The notes under the pieces were generated by a model, which ran no database searches, was not told the DNA's origin, and saw only the letters and a program-made list of their open reading frames with translations. From NCBI GenBank assembly GCA_033762115.1, contig JANRLX010000022.1:1-64000 (forward strand): 64,000 nt of DNA. Reading direction: 5' to 3'. The position numbers and the translations under genes are program-made. Numbering within the stretch: position 1 is the stretch's first letter; each line of letters opens with the position of its first letter. The DNA is from Verrucomicrobiota bacterium (lineage in GTDB: Bacteria; Verrucomicrobiota; Verrucomicrobiia; Limisphaerales; SXQI01). Shown here piece by piece: positions 49,922 to 60,046 of this stretch.

Positions 49922-51829
49922 TTATGGCTTGAACACAAGCAACAGCAGCAACGCAATTCCTGCTGCGAGTAAAAATGCATAAGTCTGCAAATTGCCGGTC
50001 TGGGCCAGGCGAAGTGCCCGACCCGCAAATTCAGTGGTGCCATGGACCCCGCGCACCAGCAGGCCACTAATGATCCAGCGGTCAAACCAATCTGCCAACC
50101 GGGCCAGGGTGCCCTGGGTCAGATCAATGAGTTCACCGTAAATTTCATCGATATAAAAGCGGTTGCGCAATGTTCTGGCCAGCCCACGCGCCTTAAGCGG
50201 CAATGGATCGCGGTTTGCGTTCAGGTAAAGCCCGGCGGCAAGAAAGAGGCCAAAAACCACTGCCAAAATCCCGCCCAAGGCTGCAAACGGGGCATGATTG
50301 ATCGGCCCAAAAAGCAACTCATTGATGCCACCTCCATGAGCGTGACTCGCATCCTTCGAGAGGTAGCTCTCCAATCCAAAAAAGCCTGCAAGCACGGTTG
50401 GCACGGCCAGGACCAGCAGCGGAACAGTCATCAGGCGTGGAGATTCATGAGCATGAGCGGCACTGTTTGAACGGCCATTTCCAAGGAATGCGATGATAAA
50501 AAGTCGGGCCATGTAAAATGTCGTTAGAACCGCGACGATCAAACCAAGAATAAAGAATCCTGTGTGTTGCTCGTAGGCTTTCGCCAGGATCGCATCCTTG
50601 CTGTAAAATCCACTCAACGGCGGCACACCAGCCAGGGCGAGCGTTCCCAGCAAAAATGTCCAGTAAGTCAGCGGCATTTTTTTCTTTAATCCGCCCATGC
50701 GCCAAATGTCCTGTTCATGGTGCATTGCATGAATTACAGAGCCTGCACCAAGGAACAACATCGCTTTGAAAAACGCGTGGGTGGTAAGGTGATACATTGC
50801 CGCAGAAGTGCCTCCAAGCCCCACCGCCATGGTCATGTAGCCGAGTTGCGACAATGTGGAATAGGCAGGGATGCGCTTGATATCGTTTTGCTGGACAGCA
50901 ATCAGGGCCGCAAGCAGAGCGGTGATGCCTCCACTCCACGCGATGATTTCCAGGGCGGTGATGCCGTTCATGAAGGAGAGGAATTCAGGCCATGCCGAAG
51001 AGGCCTGATAGATGAAAAAGGTGCGGCAGAGCATGTAAATTCCAGCGGCAACCATCGTTGCGGCATGGATCAATGCGCTGACCGGAGTGGGGCCTTCCAT
51101 TGCATCAGGCAGCCAGACGTGAAGCGGGAATTGTGCTGATTTGCCAAGCGCCCCGCAAAAAATCAACAGACCAACCAACCCGGCAAAGGCACCCAGGGCA
51201 GCGGGATTTGTGATGAGGCGTTGCTCGACGTGATCAAAGTTCACTGAGCCGAGGAGTGTCCAAATAATAATGATGCCAAGGAGAAAACCAAAATCACCGA
51301 TTCGGTTGGCGAGGAATGCCTTTTTGGCGGCATTTGCCGCGGAAGCTTTTCCATGCCAAAAGCCGATCAGCAGATAACTGGAAATGCCGACCAGTTCCCA
51401 AAAGATAAACATCTGGAAGAAATTATTCGAGAGAACGATACCGAGCATCGAAAAGGTGAAAAGGCTCAGGCTCGCAAAGTAGCGAGAAAAGGCGGGGTCA
51501 CCTTTCATGTAGGCATAGGAATAGATATGAATCAAGCTGGCCACACCCGTGACCACAATCAGCATCAACATGCTCAAACGATCCAGAAGCAGGCCCAGTT
51601 CGATCCGAAAATCTCCCACGGAAATCCAGTTCAAAGGAGGGACTTTGACAAAGCCGCTTTGGCGCACGAGCGGAATCAATCCCAGGGTAATCAGAAAAGC
51701 ACCAAGAACCGCGGCAATGGAGATCAACGCGCTCACCCTGCCTGATCGCCGGGTAAACAAGGTAATGACTACCGCTGAAAAAAGCGGCAGCAACAAAACG
51801 ATCCATGCTGAATTTTCGAGCTGTTCCAT
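49922..51829 (-). CDS. nuoL: NADH-quinone oxidoreductase subunit L
   Basis: WELVG, NRIGD, GKSAQFPLHVWLPDAMEGPTPVSALIHAATMV, HAFFKA, GFYSKD. Confidence 0.96.
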   Translation of the reverse strand: MEQLENSAWIVLLLPLFSAVVITLFTRRSGRVSALISIAAVLGAFLITLGLIPLVRQSGFVKVPPLNWISVGDFRIELGLLLDRLSMLMLIVVTGVASLIHIYSYAYMKGDPAFSRYFASLSLFTFSMLGIVLSNNFFQMFIFWELVGISSYLLIGFWHGKASAANAAKKAFLANRIGDFGFLLGIIIIWTLLGSVNFDHVEQRLITNPAALGAFAGLVGLLIFCGALGKSAQFPLHVWLPDAMEGPTPVSALIHAATMVAAGIYMLCRTFFIYQASSAWPEFLSFMNGITALEIIAWSGGITALLAALIAVQQNDIKRIPAYSTLSQLGYMTMAVGLGGTSAAMYHLTTHAFFKAMLFLGAGSVIHAMHHEQDIWRMGGLKKKMPLTYWTFLLGTLALAGVPPLSGFYSKDAILAKAYEQHTGFFILGLIVAVLTTFYMARLFIIAFLGNGRSNSAAHAHESPRLMTVPLLVLAVPTVLAGFFGLESYLSKDASHAHGGGINELLFGPINHAPFAALGGILAVVFGLFLAAGLYLNANRDPLPLKARGLARTLRNRFYIDEIYGELIDLTQGTLARLADWFDRWIISGLLVRGVHGTTEFAGRALRLAQTGNLQTYAFLLAAGIALLLLLVFKP

Positions 51830-51838
51830 ACGTTCCAG

Positions 51839-52144
51839 TTACAGCTTCATCGTGGTGAGATCTTCCACATGGGTGGTTTGCCGCTTTCGATAAAGTGCCA
51901 CGATCAAGGCCAACCCCACAGCGACTTCAGCAGCGGCAACGGTGATGATAAAGAAAACCATTACCTGACCGTTGATATTGTTGGTAAAACGGGACAAAGC
52001 CACAAAGGTGAGATTCGCCGCGTTCAGCATCAACTCCAGTGACATGTAAATGATCAGGAGATTGCGCCGTGCAATGACCCCGAACAACCCAATGCAAAAG
52101 AGCAGCGCACTAACGATTAAATAATGTTCCAGTCCCACCTTCAT
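51839..52144 (-). CDS. nuoK: NADH-quinone oxidoreductase subunit K
   Basis: RRN...[19 protein letters not shown]. Confidence 0.95.
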   Translation of the reverse strand: MKVGLEHYLIVSALLFCIGLFGVIARRNLLIIYMSLELMLNAANLTFVALSRFTNNINGQVMVFFIITVAAAEVAVGLALIVALYRKRQTTHVEDLTTMKL

Positions 52145-52641
52145 CGAAGATCTTTCTTGCTCAACAAAATCACTCCCACCATCGCCACCAAAAGCAGGAG
52201 GGACATGATTTCAAACGGCAGCAGAAAATGCTTGAACAACACCTGCCCGAGAGGAGCAGTCGAACCCTCCAAAACCGGTCCGGCAAGGTTTTTTGGGGAA
52301 TAGTACCAGTAAGCCCGCGCCAAAATCGCGCCAATTGCCCCCACTGCAAGGATGCCGCAACCAAGGCCGATCGGTCGAAGCTTTCGCCTTTCCTCTTCCT
52401 TGATGTCCAGCAGCATGATGACAAACAGAAACAACACCATGACAGCACCGGCATAAACCAGCACCTGGACAGCGGCGAGGAAGAATGCATGCAACAGAAC
52501 AAACAATCCTGCCAATGAAACAATGCAAAGCACCAGGAACATGGCGCTCGTCACCGGGTTCCGGCTGAATGGGTTTGCAACGACCAGCAAACCACATAAT
52601 AACGTCAATCCTGCAAATAAATAAAATGCAATTTCGTGCAT
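52141..52641 (-). CDS. nuoJ: NADH-quinone oxidoreductase subunit J
   Basis: [28 protein letters not shown]. Confidence 0.95.
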   Translation of the reverse strand: MHEIAFYLFAGLTLLCGLLVVANPFSRNPVTSAMFLVLCIVSLAGLFVLLHAFFLAAVQVLVYAGAVMVLFLFVIMLLDIKEEERRKLRPIGLGCGILAVGAIGAILARAYWYYSPKNLAGPVLEGSTAPLGQVLFKHFLLPFEIMSLLLLVAMVGVILLSKKDLR

Positions 52642-52658
52642 GAATTGGTACGAAGCGC

Positions 52659-53192
52659 TTAAGGGGGAACTCCCTGGTGCGCCGCTTCCTCGGCTTTATT
52701 TTTCCATTTTTGAATGCGGTCGTGATGCGTGCCGCCCAGTGAGAGCAATTTCTCCTTGTTGAACAGCATCTCCTGTCTGCTTTCGGAGGTAATGGAATAA
52801 TCCTTCATCAGGAAAATGGCCTCTTCCGGGCAAACTTCCTGGCAATAGCTGCAAAAGATGCAGCGAATCATATTGATCTCAAATTCCTTCGGTCCCTTCT
52901 CCACGTTGCCTGCCTGAGGATCACCTGCAGGTCCGGGAGGAGTGATGCGGATCGCTTTTGGCGGACAGACAAATTCGCAAAGCTGGCAGGAAACACATTT
53001 GGTTCGCCCTTCCTGGTCTTTGACCAGGTAAGGGGCGCCGCGATAACCTTCGGGCACTTTCCATTTTTCCTCGGGGTACTGCATCGTCACTTTCTTTTTA
53101 AAGAAATGGCGAAGCGTCACGGCGAATCCCCCAAGAATTGAGGGGAGATACAGCCGCTCCCAAAAACTTAACTTTGGACGTGGAACAATCAT
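52659..53192 (-). CDS. nuoI: NADH-quinone oxidoreductase subunit I
   Basis: TMQYPEE; two CxxCxxCxxxCP motifs. Confidence 0.96.
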   Translation of the reverse strand: MIVPRPKLSFWERLYLPSILGGFAVTLRHFFKKKVTMQYPEEKWKVPEGYRGAPYLVKDQEGRTKCVSCQLCEFVCPPKAIRITPPGPAGDPQAGNVEKGPKEFEINMIRCIFCSYCQEVCPEEAIFLMKDYSITSESRQEMLFNKEKLLSLGGTHHDRIQKWKNKAEEAAHQGVPP

Positions 53193-54215
53193 TCAGGCTT
53201 TGGCTCTCGCCCAGAGTGCGAGGGCATAGATGAAAATATTGAGGAGCGCGACCGGGATAAACCGGCGCCATCCCAAATCCATCAGTTGATCATAACGAAA
53301 CCGGGGCAACATCCAGCGCACCCAGATAAACAACACCATAAAGCAGAGCATTTTCCCAACAAAAACCATAATGTGAAAAATTCCTGCGCCCACCGAACCA
53401 GCCGGAGCGCTCACTCCCGGCAATGTCCAGCCACCAAAAAACAGAGTCACCATCATTGCCGAGGCCGCAATCATATTTGCGTACTCTCCCAGAAAGAAGA
53501 GCGCGAACTTCATCGAGCTGTATTCAGTATGATAGCCAGCGACCAATTCCGTCTCCGATTCAGGCAGGTCAAACGGTAATCGATTTGTTTCTGCAAACGC
53601 AGAGACAAGGAAGATGATGAATGACAATGGCGCGTAAAGAACAAACCAGCCATGCTCCGCCTGGTAGCGGATAATTTCGCTGAGGTTCAGGCTTCCTGCG
53701 ATCAAAAAGACGGGAATGACAGACATACCCATCGCAATTTCGTAGGAAATCATTTGCGCGCTGGACCGGATTCCTCCCAGGAACGGATACTTGGAATTGG
53801 AAGCATATCCCGCCAGCACAATCCCATAAACACCGAGGGAAACGATCCCGAAAGAGTAAAGAATCCCGACGTTCAGGTCGGCAATGACCATTTTCTGCTG
53901 ACCCAGGTACGATCCAAATGGAATGACCGCCAGCGTAAGAAATGCCGGCACCATTGTGATTGCCGGGGCCAGCCAGAAGTAAACCTTCCGGACATGGGCG
54001 GGAGTGAAGTCCTCCTTGAGAATAAATTTCAATCCGTCAGCCAGGGGTTGCAACAACCCAAGCGGCCCCACCCGGTTCGGCCCCAACCGATCTTGGATAA
54101 AGGCGGAAATTCGCCGTTCAGCCACCACAGAGTAGGCAATCATCGGCATCACAATCGCGACGACCGCCACAATCTTGATCAAGCTGAACAGTAAAAATTC
54201 GTTCGAGGCTCCCAT
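53193..54215 (-). CDS. nuoH: NADH-quinone oxidoreductase subunit H
   Basis: QDRLGPNRVG, AQMISYE, ETNRLPFDLPE, PRFRYDQLM. Confidence 0.97.
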   Translation of the reverse strand: MGASNEFLLFSLIKIVAVVAIVMPMIAYSVVAERRISAFIQDRLGPNRVGPLGLLQPLADGLKFILKEDFTPAHVRKVYFWLAPAITMVPAFLTLAVIPFGSYLGQQKMVIADLNVGILYSFGIVSLGVYGIVLAGYASNSKYPFLGGIRSSAQMISYEIAMGMSVIPVFLIAGSLNLSEIIRYQAEHGWFVLYAPLSFIIFLVSAFAETNRLPFDLPESETELVAGYHTEYSSMKFALFFLGEYANMIAASAMMVTLFFGGWTLPGVSAPAGSVGAGIFHIMVFVGKMLCFMVLFIWVRWMLPRFRYDQLMDLGWRRFIPVALLNIFIYALALWARAKA

Positions 54216-54219
54216 AAAC

Positions 54220-55932
54220 TCAGACCTGCACCGTCACTCCGGTATCGCCAAGTGCACCCCAGCTGATCCCATTCAGCGGTTTTATTTCGGCAGCCATTTG
54301 GTTGAACAATCCTTCAATTGAGACAAAGCCGTTTTGCCCGGTCACATTAAAAACAATTTCGTGGAGCAATTCCCACTCAGGGCGTGAAGCCCCGGGAGGT
54401 TCGACTGCTTTCATGAACTTCTGCAAACGACCTTTGACATTGATATAGGTTCCGCGCTTTTCAACGTGGGCACAGGCGGGCAGAAGAACGTGGGCCAGTT
54501 CAGAGGTTGGGCTTGGAAGAATGGCGCAGACCACCAGAAAATCCAACTGCTTCAGTAAATCTGAAGAAATACCGTGCTGAGTCACATCCTCATTAAAGAC
54601 CATGAGTGTGCGGATGGCACCGGATTTGATTCCCGCGGCAATCACGCCCAATTTGCTTCCCATCGGGTTCGCGGCAATTCCCATCAGCCTGGCGCCATTG
54701 CTGTTCGGATTGCGATCAGGGTTCAACAACAGCCGGTCCCCTTCCCCGACTCGCGGCACCGAGTCAGTCACTGCTCCCAGCCTGCGGGCGAGCTTGGAAA
54801 TCAAATAAAGTTCTTCGTTGGTCTGCCGTGCGGAAGCAATGATTGCAACTCCGCCGGATTTTTCCTGGGCCAGACGATCTGAAATCTCCCGCACCGCAGC
54901 GCCCCAATTGCTGCTGTGAAGCGGTTCCGCGCCGCGGCGCAGCTTCACTTCCCGCAGCCGATCCTCACGACCGACCCATTTGTAATTTAAACGGCCGTAA
55001 TCGCACATCCAGCTTGAATTGACTGCGTCATTCTGGCGTGGCTCATAGCGATGAATTTTGTCCTCCCGTGATCCGACGACAATATTACAGCCAGTGGCGC
55101 AACTGCTGCACAGGCTTTTGGTTTCCTTGAGAAACCAGACTCGCATTTTAAAGCGAAAATCTTTCGAGGTCAGCGCTCCCACCGGACACAGGTCAACTGT
55201 GTTCAGGGTGTAATTGTTATCAAACTGCCTTCCGGGATATGCGGTGAGGGTATTGTAACTGCCGCGATTGACAAAGCCGAGGGCATCATCTCCCACGATA
55301 TCCCTCGTGAATCGAACACAACGGGAACAGAGGATGCAGCGTTCATCATCCAGCACAATGCGTGGCCCAAGATCAACCCGCTTTGGTTTATGAACTTTTT
55401 CCTCCACAAACCGGCTCGAGGATTGCCCGTACTCTACCGAGTACTCCTGCAGTTTGCATTCGCCAGCCTGGTCACAGATCGGGCAATCCAAAGGATGGTT
55501 GATCAGCAGGAACTCGAGCACTCCCTTGCGCATCTCCTCCACTCCCGCAGTGTTGGTGTAAATCTCCATTCCGGGAGAAATGGGCGTGGCACAGGCAATG
55601 GCGGGTCGGGGAGATTTTGCAATTTTGGGAGTACCGTCCGGGTTCATCACCGGTTTTCGGTCCGGTCCCATCGCCGGCGTGCCGAACTCGACAAGGCACA
55701 TGCGGCAATTCCCTGCGACTGGCAGCTTGGGATGATAGCAGTAATGCGGCACATCCACATTGATCTGGGCGCAAGCCTGGATCATCGTGGTGGGCACTGG
55801 TTTTCCAGTCAGAGGATCGGGCGTGGTCTTCGGCACAGCCACAGTGACTCCATCCACTTTGACAGTGATGGTCTCGACCGGCGCTGCGGTTGCCGATGTG
55901 TTTTGGTTTGTCGCCGCACTGGACATACGCAT
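54220..55932 (-). CDS. nuoG: NADH-quinone oxidoreductase subunit G (short, 570 aa)
   Basis: CYH...GNCRMC, HPLDCPICDQAGEC, CILCSRC...CPVGAL, CSSCATGC...WMCD. Confidence 0.95.
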   Translation of the reverse strand: MRMSSAATNQNTSATAAPVETITVKVDGVTVAVPKTTPDPLTGKPVPTTMIQACAQINVDVPHYCYHPKLPVAGNCRMCLVEFGTPAMGPDRKPVMNPDGTPKIAKSPRPAIACATPISPGMEIYTNTAGVEEMRKGVLEFLLINHPLDCPICDQAGECKLQEYSVEYGQSSSRFVEEKVHKPKRVDLGPRIVLDDERCILCSRCVRFTRDIVGDDALGFVNRGSYNTLTAYPGRQFDNNYTLNTVDLCPVGALTSKDFRFKMRVWFLKETKSLCSSCATGCNIVVGSREDKIHRYEPRQNDAVNSSWMCDYGRLNYKWVGREDRLREVKLRRGAEPLHSSNWGAAVREISDRLAQEKSGGVAIIASARQTNEELYLISKLARRLGAVTDSVPRVGEGDRLLLNPDRNPNSNGARLMGIAANPMGSKLGVIAAGIKSGAIRTLMVFNEDVTQHGISSDLLKQLDFLVVCAILPSPTSELAHVLLPACAHVEKRGTYINVKGRLQKFMKAVEPPGASRPEWELLHEIVFNVTGQNGFVSIEGLFNQMAAEIKPLNGISWGALGDTGVTVQV

Positions 55933-57365
55933 TAACTTCGCGGACTTGCCGCCAATTTCATTTCAGGGATCGGGCCAGCTCCGCTGTTCCTGCGCGCTTC
56001 ATCAGCAGCGCCTTTGGCCACAAATTCATCTTTGAATTTTCCAACAAAACTTTGCACCGGCCAGGAGCAGGCTTCGCCAAATGCGCAGATTGTGCGCCCG
56101 CCCGGGATGTTATTGGCAATTTTCAGCAGGTAATCCGCATCTTCCCTGCGCCCCTGCCCATGGGTCATCCGATGCAGGGTCTTGCTCATCCAAAGTGAGC
56201 CTTCACGGCATGGGGTGCATTGCCCGCAGCTTTCATGAGCGTAAAATTCGGAAAGATTCGCCAATGCTTCCACAATGTCCGTGGAATCATCCATGACAAT
56301 GATCGCACTTGAACCAGACATGCTTCCAGCCGCCATCAGGGAATCAAAATCATATGGCAGGTCGAGCATATCAGTTTCAATCTCGATCTCCTTCCCCTCC
56401 GGATTCTTTTTCTTTAATATGAATTTCTCGCCCGCTTTAAAAACTTTCGCCGAGGAACCGCCCGGAATCACTGCTTTCAACTGCCGACCTGAACGCAGGC
56501 CATTGCCAAATTCAGGATCGTAGATCAGTTGCCCGATCGTGACTTTACCCACTTCGATTTCGTAATAGCCCGGGCGATTGACCTGCCCGCTTAAGCTGAC
56601 GATTCGCGTCCCGGTATTGTTTGGTGTTCCCAATTTTGCGTATTCAGCGCCGCCCATCGCCATGACATGCCTGACCTGGCAGAGGGTCTCAACGTTGTTC
56701 ACGATTGTTGGGGAAAGATAAAGCCCGAGGATTGCAGGGAAAAATGGGGGTTTGATCCTTGGGTAAGGCCGCTTCCCTTCAAGCGATTCGATCAAGCCGG
56801 TTTCCTCGCCGCAAATATAAGCCCCTGCCCCGCGATGCACGTGCATTTCCAAATCGTAACCGCTGCCAAGGATGTTTTTGCCCAGAAAATTTTTCGCCCG
56901 CGCTTCGGCCAAGGCGCGATTCAATATCCGGGCCCCTTCAGGAAATTCGCCGCGAATATAAATGTAGGCGAGATGCACATCATTGGCGAAACAGGAGATG
57001 ATCATCCCCTCGATCAACTGATGTGGGTCCTTGTGGATGATCTGTCGGTCTTTAAAAGTTCCCGGCTCCGATTCATCCGCGTTGCAAATCAGGTAGATCG
57101 GTTTGCCGCTTTTCCGATCAACAAACGACCACTTCAGCCCACAGGAAAAACCGGCCCCACCACGCCCCCGCAACCCGGAGAGCTTGACCTCTTCCCGAAT
57201 TTGCTCGGGAGCGGAAACCGTTTTGCCATCAGGCAATGCTTTGGGAGGGAGGGCCAGGACCTTTTTCAGCGTCTCATATCCCCCATGCCGCACGTAACAA
57301 TCCAGGTCATTGGTGTAACCTGGTTGATCGACGTTTTTTAAAATAAGTCGATATTGTTGTGGCAT
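55932..57365 (-). CDS. nuoF: NADH-quinone oxidoreductase subunit F
   Basis: GRGGAGF, NADESEPGTFKDR, GAGAYICGEET, ESCGQCTPCREG; start set at ATG 57365 because the track start runs into the tRNA. Confidence 0.96.
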   Translation of the reverse strand: MPQQYRLILKNVDQPGYTNDLDCYVRHGGYETLKKVLALPPKALPDGKTVSAPEQIREEVKLSGLRGRGGAGFSCGLKWSFVDRKSGKPIYLICNADESEPGTFKDRQIIHKDPHQLIEGMIISCFANDVHLAYIYIRGEFPEGARILNRALAEARAKNFLGKNILGSGYDLEMHVHRGAGAYICGEETGLIESLEGKRPYPRIKPPFFPAILGLYLSPTIVNNVETLCQVRHVMAMGGAEYAKLGTPNNTGTRIVSLSGQVNRPGYYEIEVGKVTIGQLIYDPEFGNGLRSGRQLKAVIPGGSSAKVFKAGEKFILKKKNPEGKEIEIETDMLDLPYDFDSLMAAGSMSGSSAIIVMDDSTDIVEALANLSEFYAHESCGQCTPCREGSLWMSKTLHRMTHGQGRREDADYLLKIANNIPGGRTICAFGEACSWPVQSFVGKFKDEFVAKGAADEARRNSGAGPIPEMKLAASPRS

Positions 57366-57379
57366 AGTTTCGTCCGCGC

Positions 57380-57407
57380 TTGACTCAAAGGGTAAAGTTC
57401 GTAGGTT
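57380..57407 (+). promoter_or_regulatory. Putative sigma70 promoter of tRNA-Gln
   Basis: TTGACT-N16-TAGGTT, 12 nt upstream of the mature tRNA 5' end. Confidence 0.6.
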
Positions 57408-57419
57408 GTGCGTGCTTTT

Positions 57420-57493
57420 TGCCGAATGGTGTAACGGTAGCACCGCTGCCTCTGGAGCAGCTTGTCATGGTTCGAATCCATGTTCGGCAGCCA
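57420..57493 (+). tRNA. tRNA-Gln (anticodon CTG)
   Basis: Acceptor TGCCGAA/TTCGGCA, G73, encoded CCA; D arm GGTG..CACC; anticodon arm GCTGC-CTCTGGA-GCAGC; T arm CATGG-TTCGAAT-CCATG; U1-A72 pair. Confidence 0.96.
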
Positions 57494-57532
57494 ACCTTCT
57501 GTTTTTCAAGGATTCGTTTCATTCCCTCACTC

Positions 57533-58072
57533 CTACCGCCGTTCGTTTCGGTCAATCATTTGATCAGCCATTTCATGTGTGACTGCCTGATGGAATTCTT
57601 CATTTAACATCATCACAGGAGCAGTCCCGCAACTGGCAAGGCATTCCACGAACTCGACAGTGAATTGCCCATCCTTCGTTGTTTGAGGACCATGCGCATG
57701 GCTGTCCAGCCCCAATCGCCTGCACAAATGTGCATGCAATTGATAGGAGCCACCCAGAGCGCAACTCAATGTACGACAAACTTTAAAATGGGTTTTTCCA
57801 ACCGGTTTCTGCCGGAACATCGGATAAAACGTCACCAGTTCGTAAATGTTGATCGGCTGCAATTCCAGTTTTGCGGCAGTCCATTCAATGGCTTCCTTGC
57901 TGAGAAATCCGAAATGTTCCTGCAGCGCGTGCAATAACATCAGTGATGCGCTTCGCTTCACCGGGTAATGGGTGATCAGCTCATCAATCTCTGCTTCAAG
58001 GGCCTTCGGAACTTCGAAAGCCGTGGTCGGGAGCACAGGTTCAACAGGATGGGAAATCACTGGATTGCTCAT
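57533..58072 (-). CDS. nuoE: NADH-quinone oxidoreductase subunit E
   Basis: TFYPMF, CRTLSC, VECLASCGTAP. Confidence 0.95.
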   Translation of the reverse strand: MSNPVISHPVEPVLPTTAFEVPKALEAEIDELITHYPVKRSASLMLLHALQEHFGFLSKEAIEWTAAKLELQPINIYELVTFYPMFRQKPVGKTHFKVCRTLSCALGGSYQLHAHLCRRLGLDSHAHGPQTTKDGQFTVEFVECLASCGTAPVMMLNEEFHQAVTHEMADQMIDRNERR

Positions 58073-59373
58073 CGGTCACACTCTCCCATCACAAAATCCA
58101 GCGAGCCGAGAATGGCTACCGTATCGCTCATCATATTTCCAGGAAGCAGATAAGGCAGGATGCTCAGGTTCACAAAGGAAGGAGCGCGGATTTTTAGGCG
58201 GTGCGGAGTGCCGCCTCCCTTGCTGTTAATATAAAATCCCAATTCTCCCTTTGGATTTTCTCCACCAAAGTAAATCTCGCCACGCGGGGCATCGACCCCC
58301 TGCGTCACGATAATAAACTGGTGGATTAATTCCTCCATGCTCGTGAGCACTTTTTCCTTTGGAGGCAGAACCGTTTTACCGTCCGGCACATTCACAGGAC
58401 CTCCGGGTAATTGATCGAGGCATTGGCGGATGATTCGCACGCTCTGCCGCATTTCCTCCATTCGGACGAGGTACCGATCATAGCAATCACCCACCGAACC
58501 GTACGGCACATCAAACTGTACCTGGTCATATACCAGGTAGGGATGCGCTTTTCGTAAGTCGTAATCAATTCCGCTTCCGCGAAGGTTCGGACCGGTCAAA
58601 CCGTAATCGATCGCTACATCTTTCGGAATCACCCCCAAGTCTCTCGTGCGATTCACGAAGATCGGATTCCGGGTCAATAATTTTTCCGATTCATCGAAAT
58701 TGACCACGACTTCATCAATGAATTTCCGGCATTGCTCAATCCACCCTGGCGGCAGATCACGCGCCAAACCGCCAATCCGGGTATATGTCGTGGTAAAACG
58801 CGCTCCGGTCAGCGATTCCGCAAGGTTATAAATTTTTTCCCGTTCATAGAACGTGTGCAGGAACACAGTCATCGCTCCCACATCCATGGCAAAGGCACCC
58901 AATCCCAGCAGATGCGCGGAGATACGCGCCAGTTCCGTGACGATCACCCGGATATACTGGCAGCGGGGAGGCAATTGCTTATCCAGCCCCATTAACTTCT
59001 CGACTGCGAGGGCGTAATGAACGTTGTTCGCCAGTGGCGCAAGGTAATCCAGTCGATCCGTATATGGGATAAACTGGGTATAAGTCATGTTTTCGGCGAT
59101 TTTTTCATCGCCGCGATGCAGGTAGCCTACATCGGGAATTGCTTTGGTGATGATTTCGCCATCCAGTTCAAGCACCAGGCGCAACACCCCGTGGGTTGCC
59201 GGATGTGAAGGTCCCATATTCAGGACCATTTTTTCACCTGGGTCATCCTGCAATTCATCCGAGTTGCCGGGAGTTGCATGGACCATGGCGCCGGCATTTT
59301 GAAGGTTATTTACTCCTTCCGCCACCCGCGCGGCCGGCTCCTTGACATGTAAATCGTGAACTTCGGTGCTCAT
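58069..59373 (-). CDS. nuoD: NADH-quinone oxidoreductase subunit D
   Basis: NMGPSHPATHGVLR, GYLHRG, DRLDY, PKGELG, DFVMGECDR. Confidence 0.97.
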   Translation of the reverse strand: MSTEVHDLHVKEPAARVAEGVNNLQNAGAMVHATPGNSDELQDDPGEKMVLNMGPSHPATHGVLRLVLELDGEIITKAIPDVGYLHRGDEKIAENMTYTQFIPYTDRLDYLAPLANNVHYALAVEKLMGLDKQLPPRCQYIRVIVTELARISAHLLGLGAFAMDVGAMTVFLHTFYEREKIYNLAESLTGARFTTTYTRIGGLARDLPPGWIEQCRKFIDEVVVNFDESEKLLTRNPIFVNRTRDLGVIPKDVAIDYGLTGPNLRGSGIDYDLRKAHPYLVYDQVQFDVPYGSVGDCYDRYLVRMEEMRQSVRIIRQCLDQLPGGPVNVPDGKTVLPPKEKVLTSMEELIHQFIIVTQGVDAPRGEIYFGGENPKGELGFYINSKGGGTPHRLKIRAPSFVNLSILPYLLPGNMMSDTVAILGSLDFVMGECDR

Positions 59374-60035
59374 GGCGCAGGTTTTATATTGCCGTGTTGC
59401 TCATCAGCCCTTCCCAAATCACGCCGCCGCTCCAGTCGGGCATTGGTTTCCAGGCTGTCCGTTTCAGGAACCCGCACGCGTGGTTCACGGGCAATAGTGT
59501 CCTTGCCTCCCGCCACTGTCACAAATGGCCCCCCCTCAAGGGGCGCTGGATTGGAAAATGCAACTTCAGGCAATTCGCTCGGTTTGCCTGCCAACGGAAA
59601 ATCTTTTCGCAAAGGAAAGTACGGATAACCTTCCCACATCAGGATTCTGCGCAGGTCCGGATGGCCTGCAAAACGGAGCCCGAACATATCGTAAGCTTCC
59701 CGCTCATGCCAATCCGCTGTTCGCCAGACACTCGTCACACTTGGCAATTCACACTTTTCCTCGGAAATGTTCGTCTTAAGCCGCAAATAGTTGCGATGCC
59801 CATAACCGTAAAGTTCGTAAACCACTGTGAAACGGGGGTCTTCCCCATAATTGTCCACTCCTGAAAGATCAACCAGGTAGTCGAATCCAAGTTCCTTTTT
59901 GCAGTAGGCGCAAACTTCCTGAATCCGGTTTTCATCCAGGACCTGCACTGTGACTTCCTCACGAAATTCCCAGGGAGTTGAGATCACTTCCCCAAAATGA
60001 GCGGCCAATTTTAATGCTAAATCTTTGGCAGACAT
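59370..60035 (-). CDS. nuoC: NADH-quinone oxidoreductase subunit C
   Basis: ADWHEREAYDMFG, GHPDLRRILM, PLRKDFP. Confidence 0.96.
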   Translation of the reverse strand: MSAKDLALKLAAHFGEVISTPWEFREEVTVQVLDENRIQEVCAYCKKELGFDYLVDLSGVDNYGEDPRFTVVYELYGYGHRNYLRLKTNISEEKCELPSVTSVWRTADWHEREAYDMFGLRFAGHPDLRRILMWEGYPYFPLRKDFPLAGKPSELPEVAFSNPAPLEGGPFVTVAGGKDTIAREPRVRVPETDSLETNARLERRRDLGRADEQHGNIKPAP

Positions 60036-60046
60036 TTAGTTATAAC

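Noticed and set aside
54220..55932. nuoG as a truncated pseudogene
   Set aside because: All Fe-S motifs are intact, the ORF ends 4 nt before nuoH, and there is no remnant of a lost segment
57420..57493. tRNA as the attachment site of an integrated element
   Set aside because: No integrase, no duplicated tRNA 3' end seen, and both flanks are contiguous nuo genes
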